64,000 bases of DNA from Chloroflexota bacterium (GTDB lineage: Bacteria > Chloroflexota > Dehalococcoidia > Lucifugimonadales > Australimonadaceae): positions 77,155-141,154 of the forward strand of contig VXQP01000073.1 in assembly GCA_009838965.1 (NCBI GenBank), read 5' to 3'. This document shows, in pieces, positions 1 to 7,010 of the stretch. The translations under genes and the position numbers were made by a program. The notes beneath the pieces were generated by a model. It made no database searches. It saw only the letters and a program-made list of their open reading frames with translations, and was not told the DNA's origin. The first letter of the stretch is position 1, and the number at the start of each line of letters is the position of its first letter.

Positions 1-734
1 CCCATGAGCCGCCCCAGCGCGTCGTGCGCCGACAGCACGTCCGCCCGATTCGCGAGCCGCAGCGCGTACCGGTTCACCGGGCGCAGGAGCGTCCGCTCCG
101 TCGCGGGCAGCACCACGATGTACCAAGGGTCGTCCGCCGCGCCGATGTACGTCGAGATGTTGCCGCCTCCCACGATGTTGAGGCCCAGCACCTCCGTGTA
201 GAAGCGGTTGCTCGTCTCCTTGTCGACGCACTGCATCGTCCCGTGCGACAGCGCCTGCGGCACGTACCCGCGCCCCGGGAACCGCTCCGCCGACAGTGGC
301 TCGCTCCAGTGGGGCGCCGCGATCTGCCGTCCGTGCAGCGCAGCACGCGGGTTGTAGTGCTCTATCTCTATCGTGTTGCCACCCGGCTCGTCGATGTACA
401 CCGAATACGCGAAGTGGCTGCCGCGCGGCCCGTCGATGAGCGTCAGCCCGTATCGCTCCCGGTGCTCCTGCAGGTACGCCGCCGCCGCGTCGATCTCCGT
501 GTGCTCCGAGACGCGGAAGCCGTAGTGGTTCGCGTGCGGTTTCACCGGCGCGTCCGGCCCGCCCTCGTGCACCACGAGCGTCCACGGAGTGTTCGGGTGC
601 CGCACCACCGCCGCGCCGTCGTCGCGCCGTACCACCTCCGACGCTAGCAGGTCGGTGAACACCGGCAGCGTCTCATCCAGCAAGCGGCACTCGTAGTGGC
701 CGTGGCTCAGAGACTCGGGTTGCAGCAGCGGCAT
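1..734 (-). CDS. VOC (glyoxalase/bleomycin-resistance/extradiol dioxygenase) family protein with two tandem VOC modules; 3' end runs off the window
   Basis: Own minus-strand translation from ATG (734..732): MPLLQPESLSHGHYECRLLDETLPVFTDLL...HANHYGFRVSEH...GGNTIEIEHY...LSHGTMQCVDKETSNRFYTEVLGLNIV. Absent from the ORF track because there is no stop in the window. The listed 24..647(+) ORF is its Arg-rich shadow. Confidence 0.7.
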   Translation of the reverse strand, partial: MPLLQPESLSHGHYECRLLDETLPVFTDLLASEVVRRDDGAAVVRHPNTPWTLVVHEGGPDAPVKPHANHYGFRVSEHTEIDAAAAYLQEHRERYGLTLIDGPRGSHFAYSVYIDEPGGNTIEIEHYNPRAALHGRQIAAPHWSEPLSAERFPGRGYVPQALSHGTMQCVDKETSNRFYTEVLGLNIVGGGNISTYIGAADDPWYIVVLPATERTLLRPVNRYALRLANRADVLSAHDALGRLM

Positions 735-858
735 CGCGCCCACCTCCAGGACAGCTGCGCAAATGGTACTACGCACGCCTTTGGACGGGTGCAACCCGTC
801 GTTTTCTGCGCAGGCAGGAACCTCGCTTCCCGCCCGCGCCGTGTATCCTGTTCCTCCC

Positions 859-1659
859 ATGAGCGAACTCACCGAACGCACGCAACTCGCCGTCCGCATC
901 GTCCGGGAGATTGGCGCACACGCGCTCACCTACTACCAGCAGCAGGACATCGGCCTCGACTTCAAGCCGGACCGCTCGCCCGTCACCCGCGCCGACAAAG
1001 AGGGTGAGGAGCTCGCGAGGCGCATCCTCGACGCCGAATGCTCCGCCGACGCCATCCTTGGCGAGGAGTACGGCGCGAAGGACGGTACATCCGGCTACCG
1101 CTGGTACCTCGACCCCATCGACGGCACGCAGTCGTTCGTCCGTGGCGTCCCGCTCTTCGGCTGCATGGCCGCACTCGAACACGACGGCGAACCCGTCGCC
1201 GGCGCCATCTGCTTCCCCGCGCTCGGCGAGCTCGTCTACGCCGCGACAGGGGAGGGCGCCTGGTGGGCCAACGCCATCGGCGCGCCGTCCGATGCCCTCG
1301 ACCTGCGCCCCGCGCGCGTCTCGACCGTCGCCAACCTCGGCGAGTCCCTGTTCGCCTCCACTGGCTTCCACGACTTCGCCAACATCGGCAAGGCGAAAGA
1401 GATGGCGAGGCTCCTCGCCGCGGTCAACTTGGCCCGAGGCTGGTCCGACTGCTACGGCCACTATCTCGTCGCGACGGGCAGGGTGGACGTCATGATCGAC
1501 CCCTACATGAGCGTCTGGGACAACGCCCCGCTGCTGTCCATCGTCGAGGAGGCAGGCGGACGCTTCACCGGCCTCAACGGCGCGCGCACCATTCACGAGC
1601 CCAACGCCCTCTCCACTAACGGCCTCCTCCACGACGCCGTCCTCGCCCTCCTGGGCTAA
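859..1659 (+). CDS. Inositol monophosphatase family protein (IMPase/histidinol-phosphatase-like)
   Basis: ORF 763..1659. Internal ATG at 859 gives MSELTERTQLA. Motifs ILGEEYG and WYLDPIDGTQSFVRG and WDNAP are typical of the IMPase fold. Confidence 0.85.
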   Translation: MSELTERTQLAVRIVREIGAHALTYYQQQDIGLDFKPDRSPVTRADKEGEELARRILDAECSADAILGEEYGAKDGTSGYRWYLDPIDGTQSFVRGVPLFGCMAALEHDGEPVAGAICFPALGELVYAATGEGAWWANAIGAPSDALDLRPARVSTVANLGESLFASTGFHDFANIGKAKEMARLLAAVNLARGWSDCYGHYLVATGRVDVMIDPYMSVWDNAPLLSIVEEAGGRFTGLNGARTIHEPNALSTNGLLHDAVLALLG

Positions 1660-2195
1660 GACCTCGTGACCCACCTCCATATATCTACCACCACGTCGAC
1701 CGCCCGGTAGTTGTCGAGCCACTGCGCTCCGTGCAGCGCGTACTCCTGGAACTCCTTGAGCAGCGTCACCGGCACGAGCCACAACAGCGACCGCCGCATC
1801 GTGAACTCGTAGCCCGGCGCGTAGTGGCGCACGCCCGCCACGAACACGAACCAGAACTCGAACACGTTCGGGAACGCCAGCAGCACTTCACGGCTCCCCA
1901 GCGCCTCGAACGCCAGCACGCCCACCATCCGGTACGCGAACAGCGCCACCGCTATCGTCCGCACGGGTCCTTGCCACCGCCACGCCACCCACAGGAACGT
2001 CCCCATGTACGCCAGGTCCAGCCACTTGTCGAGCGCCTGGTAGTTCTGGACCCCGCCCAGGTTGAGCAGGTTCATCATGAACAGGTCGGAGAAGTCGATC
2101 AGGATCGCCAGCAACGACCCCGCGAACGCCCAGCGCAGCACCAGCAGCGCCCCCGCGATGCGCACCGCAGCGATGATCAGTTCCTCCGTCGTCAT
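1656..2195 (-). CDS. Hypothetical polytopic membrane protein
   Basis: 179-aa ORF with several hydrophobic helices (IIAAVRIAGALLVLRWAF, FWFVFVAGV). Coding-like codon bias. 4-nt convergent overlap with the IMPase gene. Confidence 0.6.
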   Translation of the reverse strand: MTTEELIIAAVRIAGALLVLRWAFAGSLLAILIDFSDLFMMNLLNLGGVQNYQALDKWLDLAYMGTFLWVAWRWQGPVRTIAVALFAYRMVGVLAFEALGSREVLLAFPNVFEFWFVFVAGVRHYAPGYEFTMRRSLLWLVPVTLLKEFQEYALHGAQWLDNYRAVDVVVDIWRWVTRS

Positions 2196-2228
2196 GTCAG
2201 GAAGGATACGCCAACGGATTCCGTCGTT

Positions 2229-2521
2229 CCTGCGTAGGCAGGAACCTCGTATCTCACCTCTCCTGAGGGAGAGGGAAACGCGCTTTAGCGCGCGGGTGAA
2301 GGCCCTGCGGCGGAATGGGCGGGGCAGGGCCTGTCATCTCGATAGGAGCGCAGCGGAGTCCGCGCTTAGCGCGAAATCCTCTCAGGGGTAGCCCGCCCAT
2401 GGTGAGCCTGTCGAACCATCCCGCGCTTCAGCGCGCCCGGAGAGCAGGAACCTCGTATCTCACCTCTCCTGAGGGAGAGGTCGGCACGCGGCAGCACGGC
2501 GAGTGAGGGGTGAGGGTTACC
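2229..2521. repeat. Cluster of REP-like nested-hairpin intergenic repeats, including a perfect 37-nt direct repeat (2238..2274 and 2444..2480)
   Basis: gcaggaacctcgtatctcacctctcctgagggagagg occurs twice. Modules CTCC-N-GGAGAGG, GCGCTT(T/C)AGCGCG and GGGTGAGGG recur at 4861-4982, 6882-6950, 8111-8163 and 40268-40390. Confidence 0.85.
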
Positions 2522-2523
2522 CC

Positions 2524-2979
2524 CTACACCGCGTACCGCCGGGCGAACGCGAGCGCATCCTCCGGCGACGCGCCGTTGGCGATGGCGTGCCCGTATGTGG
2601 ATGCGAACTCGATCGATTCCCGAGCGGCGATCGCATGTGCGCATGCTTGCGCGTAGGCGCGGGCCCACCCCTCCGACGCGCCGATAATGAAGCAGGCGAT
2701 GCCGTATGCGGCAGCGTAGACGATGGCGTACGCGTTGGACCTGCCCTGCGCTACGCTGTCGGCATATGCATCGCTGAGGGCGTACGCCTTCTCCTCGTCC
2801 ATGCCCTCGTTGATGGCGTACGTGTACACGACGCCGAAATCGTTCGCCCTGCTCTGATCGATGACCCCTCTACGCACCATGGCCCTGAGAGCTCTGTGCG
2901 TGCCGACTCCGGCCTCGGTCCTGGCCGCCTTGCGCCCCGCCTCCGCCGCTCCCATCAGACCCACTAGCCGCTTCAGCAT
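2524..2979 (-). CDS. Hypothetical Ala/Tyr-rich helical-repeat protein, paralog A (151 aa)
   Basis: ORF 2524..3255 trimmed to the MLKRLVGLMGAAEA start at 2979, with GGAG upstream. About 75 percent identical to the neighbouring paralog over the C-terminal ~105 aa. Both end FARRYAV. Confidence 0.6.
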   Translation of the reverse strand: MLKRLVGLMGAAEAGRKAARTEAGVGTHRALRAMVRRGVIDQSRANDFGVVYTYAINEGMDEEKAYALSDAYADSVAQGRSNAYAIVYAAAYGIACFIIGASEGWARAYAQACAHAIAARESIEFASTYGHAIANGASPEDALAFARRYAV

Positions 2980-3083
2980 CGCCTTCCACTGCTCCTTCCC
3001 TGTTATTCTCGTTCTCGCGGGAGTCCACCCACGGGGGGCGCCCCTCGTCAGTGCCCTTTTGTGACCACCGCCCCACTGACCAA

Positions 3084-3545
3084 CTACACCGCGTACCGCC
3101 GGGCGAATGCCCGCGCATCCTCCGGCGACGCTCCCTCGGCGATGGCGTGCCCGTAGACGGCGGCGAACCCTACCGATTCCCGCGCCGCGATCACATGCGC
3201 GCACGCTTGCGCGTAGGCGCGCGCCCACTGTTCGGACGCGCCGATGAGGGTGCACGCGACGCTGTAGGCGGCAGCGTAGACGATGGCGTACGCCTTCGAC
3301 ATGCCCTCGGCGAGCATCCTGGCATATGCCGAACCAAGGACGAAGGCGCTCTCCTCGGATATCCCTTCGAGGACTGCATAGGTGTAGACGACGCCGAAGT
3401 CCATATAGTCGGGGTTGTCTATCGCGCGCTCGTAGTCCTCAGGGGTAGGCTTCTCGCAGGTGCCTGGTGAAGAGATCTCCGGGCCGATGGCCCTCCAGCA
3501 TGCCGCCTCCGCCGCTCCCATCAGCATCAACAACCGCTTCAGCAT
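3084..3545 (-). CDS. Hypothetical Ala/Tyr-rich helical-repeat protein, paralog B (153 aa)
   Basis: ORF 3084..3707 trimmed to the MLKRLLMLMGAAEA start at 3545. Tandem duplicate of 2524..2979 with a near-identical 3' nucleotide sequence. Confidence 0.6.
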   Translation of the reverse strand: MLKRLLMLMGAAEAACWRAIGPEISSPGTCEKPTPEDYERAIDNPDYMDFGVVYTYAVLEGISEESAFVLGSAYARMLAEGMSKAYAIVYAAAYSVACTLIGASEQWARAYAQACAHVIAARESVGFAAVYGHAIAEGASPEDARAFARRYAV

Positions 3546-3760
3546 CGCCGTTCCACCGCTCCCACAACCACCTCTCCACTTAATGGTACCACCACGCCCT
3601 CGGCCGACATGGATGACAAACTCCGTTGGCCCGGCAAGGTTGGCAGGGCGGAACCGTGCCATCTGCCCCTTACGCCATCGCACCAGCCCCGCGTACCCTG
3701 TCTGCATGGCCTCCGCGGCCCTTCAGCGCGGGGCCGTGCTGGACCGAGGCAAGGCGAACA

Positions 3761-3900
3761 GGAACGAGCGGAAGTGAGTAGCCAATGAGCGGAAATGAAC
3801 AGCGGATGAGCGGTTTTGAGCAGTCCAACCGCTCACCACAAGCCCCGATTTCAGGAGTGATTCAGGGCGCATGAGCAGAAATGCACAGCATTTCCCCCCG
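3761..3900 (+). repeat. TGAGC-motif structured intergenic element, copy A
   Basis: Seven TGAGC(G/A)G-like motifs at 10-20 nt spacing. 7-bp hairpin TGAGCGG (3807..3813) / CCGCTCA (3829..3835). Core 3799..3837 aligns with the reverse complement of 35086..35126. Confidence 0.6.
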
Positions 3901-4018
3901 GAACTTCCCTGCGACCCCCTTCTCCCCGTGGGAGGCAGCGCTCTCTAGCGCAGTGAGGGTCGCACGCTTGCCCGCCAGACGCGACGCACGATAGCCTTGC
4001 GCGCGGGAGATCGAACGC

Positions 4019-4795
4019 ATGAACGACCAGCGCAAACGTGAACTCGCAGCCGGGATGAACGAGCTCGCCCAGCGCTTCTGGGCGGGCGAGGCCGAGATCT
4101 GCCGGCAGTTCTGGGGCGTCCCCCGCACCACGGAGGAGCAGGCACACTGGCTCCGCCTGCAGGTCTACAAGGAGATGTTCGGCTCAGGCCTCTCCGGCCA
4201 CGCCGACGGCATCATCCGCGGCTTCATCGAAAGGCTCTCCGAGACGCTGCCCCAAGCACAGACGAAGGAGCAGCGCGACGAGTTCGAGCGCGACATCCGC
4301 GTGCTCGGTGAGGAGTTCAACCACTACCGCCTCTTCGCCGACATCCTGGAGGACGCCACCGGCGAGCCCGTCCGCCTGGAGAAGCTGCGCGGCTGGCAGC
4401 TGCCGGAGGACGCCAAACTCCAGCAGGTGCGCCAGTCCGCACGCGAGGACCGCGGCCGCATCGGCGAGGCCGCCATCGGCTTCACGGAGGGCGGCGGCGC
4501 GTCGTTCTTCTACGAAGGCCGCAGGATAGGCGGCGACCCGCTCTCCGACGCCATCGCCGCCGCCTGCGCCGTCGTCTTCGGCGACGAGACCGAGCACGGT
4601 GAGCACGGCGCCTCCGAGTTCGCCCACAACCTGCACACCGAGGAGGAGTGGGCCGAGGCGCGCGACATCGTCATCGCCATCTGCCAGCAGCGCCTCCGCA
4701 TGCGCTACGAGATGTTCGGCCTCCCTGTCGACGAGGCCCGCATCACGGAGATAACCGAGGGGCGTATCGCCCCGTTGGACGTTTATGCAGGCTGA
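4019..4795 (+). CDS. Ferritin-like di-iron-carboxylate protein (putative oxygenase), paralog 1
   Basis: 258 aa. Ligand pattern E (FWAGEAE), ExxH (EEFNH), E (FTEGGG), ExxH (DETEHGEHG) spaced as in four-helix-bundle di-iron proteins. Confidence 0.65.
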   Translation: MNDQRKRELAAGMNELAQRFWAGEAEICRQFWGVPRTTEEQAHWLRLQVYKEMFGSGLSGHADGIIRGFIERLSETLPQAQTKEQRDEFERDIRVLGEEFNHYRLFADILEDATGEPVRLEKLRGWQLPEDAKLQQVRQSAREDRGRIGEAAIGFTEGGGASFFYEGRRIGGDPLSDAIAAACAVVFGDETEHGEHGASEFAHNLHTEEEWAEARDIVIAICQQRLRMRYEMFGLPVDEARITEITEGRIAPLDVYAG

Positions 4796-4806
4796 CGCCG
4801 TCAGAG

Positions 4807-4982
4807 ATTGTCATTCCGAGCGGAGCGTAGCGAAGTCGAGGAATCTCTCGGAGGCTCAGATCCCCTCTCCCTTGAGGGGAGAGGGCTAGGGTGAGGGTGA
4901 ACCAGGGGAAGGGGGCTTGGGTGTTTCGTCCCCTCTCCCCTTGGGAGAGGGAAACGCGCTTTAGCGCGAGGGTGAGGGTGTG
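4807..4982. repeat. Composite intergenic repeat: GTCATTCCGAGCGG...GAGGAATCTCTC module (4810..4849) followed by two REP-like nested-hairpin units
   Basis: The same two module types recur together at 6826..6950. Fills the 204-nt gap between the two ferritin-like paralogs. Confidence 0.85.
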
Positions 4983-4999
4983 TTGAAAGGAGAAATCGC

Positions 5000-5773
5000 A
5001 TGACCACGACAACCGCAGCAGACATGAAGGCTGAGATACGCGCACTCGGCCAGTGCTTCTGGGCCGGCGAGGCCGAGATCGCCCGCAACTTCCTTACCGC
5101 GCCGCATGAGCCCGGCGACCACGTCCACTGGATCCGCCACCAGTGCTACCGCGAACTGCGCGGACCCGGCCTGCTGAAGCGCGCCCACAGCCGCGTGCAG
5201 TGGATCATCGACAACATCGGTGACACTCTTCCCGCCGCCGAGTCGAAGGAGGGCAGGGACGAGTTCGAGTACCAGTTGGAGTCGCTGCGGCAGGAGTTCA
5301 CCCACTTCCGCCTCTTCGCAGACATCCTGGAGGACATCACCGGCGAGCCTGTCCGCATGAGCACGCTCGAGGGCCTGCGCCTCCCCAGCGATGACCGCAT
5401 CGAGGCGACGCGCAGCCGCCTCATCGCCGAGGACGAGCGCATCGCCCACATCGCCTACAGCTTCGCCGAGGGCGGCGGTGCCGGCATCTTCCACGCGGGC
5501 GCGGCGCTCGAGACCGACGACCCGCTCCTGCTCCGCATCCAGCGTGCCTCTCGCGTCGTCTACGACGACGAGGTCGGCCACGGCGAGCACGGCGTTGAGG
5601 CTGCCGAGAGCGCCCTCGATACCGAGGAGGAGTTGGAGACCCTGCGCCGGATGCTGATGGAGATCTGCACGGAGCGGCTCCGCATGCGCTCCGAGATGTA
5701 CGGCCAGGAGCCGGACGAAGCCCGCATCGCAGAGATCGCGAACGGCCGGATCGACCCGCTGCCGGTCATCTGA
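5000..5773 (+). CDS. Ferritin-like di-iron-carboxylate protein (putative oxygenase), paralog 2
   Basis: 257 aa, collinear with 4019..4795 (FWAGEAE, QEFTH, FAEGGG, DEVGHGEHG, RLRMRSEMYG). AAAGGAG RBS upstream. Confidence 0.65.
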   Translation: MTTTTAADMKAEIRALGQCFWAGEAEIARNFLTAPHEPGDHVHWIRHQCYRELRGPGLLKRAHSRVQWIIDNIGDTLPAAESKEGRDEFEYQLESLRQEFTHFRLFADILEDITGEPVRMSTLEGLRLPSDDRIEATRSRLIAEDERIAHIAYSFAEGGGAGIFHAGAALETDDPLLLRIQRASRVVYDDEVGHGEHGVEAAESALDTEEELETLRRMLMEICTERLRMRSEMYGQEPDEARIAEIANGRIDPLPVI

Positions 5774-6525
5774 TGGGACGCTTCGACGGCAAGACCGCGG
5801 TCGTCACCGGCTTCGGCTCAGGCATAGGACAAGCCGCGGCCATGCTCCTCGCCGCCGAGGGCGCCAACGTCGTCGGTCTCTCGCGCAACGCCGAGGCGGG
5901 CGAGGCGACCGTCGCGGCGATACGCGGGCAGGGCGGCGAGGCGGTGTTTGTCAGCACGGACGTCCGCTCCGCGGAGGAGGTCGAGCGCGCGTTCGAGGAG
6001 GCGGTGCAACGCTACGGTGGCGTGGACGTCGCCGTGAACTCGGCAGGCATCCGCGCCACCGGCCCCGTCACCGAGACACCGCCCGAGCGCTGGGCCGACG
6101 TGCTGGACACCAACCTCACCGGCACGTTCCTCGTGGCGCGGGCAGCTGCCCTGCGCATGAAGGAGCAGGGCAGAGGCGGCGCAATAATCAACGTCTCCGC
6201 GATCTCCGGTTTCCGCGGCCCGTCCTCCCGCGTAGCCTACGGAGCGTCCAAGGCGGGCGTTCACAACCTCACCGAGGCAATGGCGCTCGACCACGCGGGC
6301 GACGGCATCCGCGTCAACTGCGTCGCGCCCGGCCCGACGCTCACGCCGATGGTCGGCCCGGTCACGGACGAGGCGCGCGCCGCTTTCGCGAAGCGCGTCC
6401 CGCTCGGTAAGGCCGGCGACCCGGAGGACATAGCGGAGGCCATCGCCTTCCTCGCCTCCGACGCCGCCAAACACATCACCGGCGCCATCCTCCCCGTCAC
6501 CGGCGGCGCCCACCTCAACGTCTGA
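5773..6525 (+). CDS. SDR family oxidoreductase
   Basis: TGxxxGIG (VVTGFGSGIGQA), NSAG and YxxxK (YGASKAG) motifs. Start overlaps the upstream stop by 1 nt (TGATG). Confidence 0.9.
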   Translation: MGRFDGKTAVVTGFGSGIGQAAAMLLAAEGANVVGLSRNAEAGEATVAAIRGQGGEAVFVSTDVRSAEEVERAFEEAVQRYGGVDVAVNSAGIRATGPVTETPPERWADVLDTNLTGTFLVARAAALRMKEQGRGGAIINVSAISGFRGPSSRVAYGASKAGVHNLTEAMALDHAGDGIRVNCVAPGPTLTPMVGPVTDEARAAFAKRVPLGKAGDPEDIAEAIAFLASDAAKHITGAILPVTGGAHLNV

Positions 6526-6557
6526 AGGAACAACAACCAAGGAGCAACGAGACCAAC

Positions 6558-6767
6558 ATGGACGAAGACCGCACCTGTGCCACCTGCATCTACCTCGACG
6601 AGCGCATGGACCCCGCCTTCAGCGAGTACGCGGGGCTCTGCCGCTCGAACCCTCCTCACGTCAACGAGGCCGGCATCGCGATATGGCCCTGGGTGCGCTC
6701 GACCGACTGGTGCGGAGACTGGGACGACGGCGAAGAAGACGACGAAGAAGAACTCGACATAGGCTGA
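6558..6767 (+). CDS. Small Cys/Trp-containing protein with an acidic tail (69 aa), unknown function
   Basis: MDEDRTCATCIYLD...GLCRSNPPHV...WPWVRSTDWCGDWDDGEEDDEEELDIG. AAGGAG RBS. Last gene of the ferritin-like/SDR string. Confidence 0.5.
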   Translation: MDEDRTCATCIYLDERMDPAFSEYAGLCRSNPPHVNEAGIAIWPWVRSTDWCGDWDDGEEDDEEELDIG

Positions 6768-6825
6768 CGCCTCGTCCTGCGCAAGCGGACGCAGCCCCGC
6801 TTCCATAACCAACGCCCTGCAAATC

Positions 6826-6950
6826 TTGTCATTCCGAGCGGAGCACAGCCGAGTCGAGGAATCTCTCCCGTGCTTCAGCACGCCCTCTCCTGATGGAGAG
6901 GGTACCCGCTGCAAGGCAGCGGCGGGTGAGGGCCCTGCGCGGCGGGGCGG
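6826..6950. repeat. Composite intergenic repeat (GTCATTCCGAGCGG module at 6828..6867 plus a REP-like unit)
   Basis: Near copy of 4810..4849, followed by CCCTCTCC-TGAT-GGAGAGGG and GGCGGGTGAGGGCCCTGCG. Confidence 0.85.
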
Positions 6951-7010
6951 TTGACCAACAGAGGGGCGCCACGAAGGACGCCCCTGAGTAGTCCGCTATG
7001 CCCGCCCGGC

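Noticed and set aside
2229-2521. Possible CRISPR array, given the 37-nt perfect direct repeat at 2238 and 2444.
   Set aside because: Only two copies are present locally, with a 169-nt 'spacer' that is itself made of other repeat modules. The same units are dispersed singly across the window, and no cas genes are present. This is REP-like, not CRISPR.
3785-3874. A 29-aa mini-ORF (MSGNEQRMSGFEQSNRSPQ...) inside TGAGC element copy A, and a similar MSPFEPLEGLIRTQ... ORF on the minus strand of copy B.
   Set aside because: The similarity is confined to the first few codons and follows from nucleotide identity. An indel shifts the frame after that, so no peptide is conserved. The conservation pattern (compensatory stem changes) fits a nucleic-acid structure.
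3957-3972. A sigma54-like GG-N10-GC match (GGGTCGCACGCTTGCC) 47 nt upstream of the first ferritin-like gene. Together with the TGAGC array it could look like an enhancer-dependent promoter.
   Set aside because: Only the GG and TTGC parts fit the TGGCAC-N5-TTGC consensus. The sequence is part of a degenerate REP unit (…GCGCAGTGAGGGTCGC). No comparable match exists downstream of copy B of the element.
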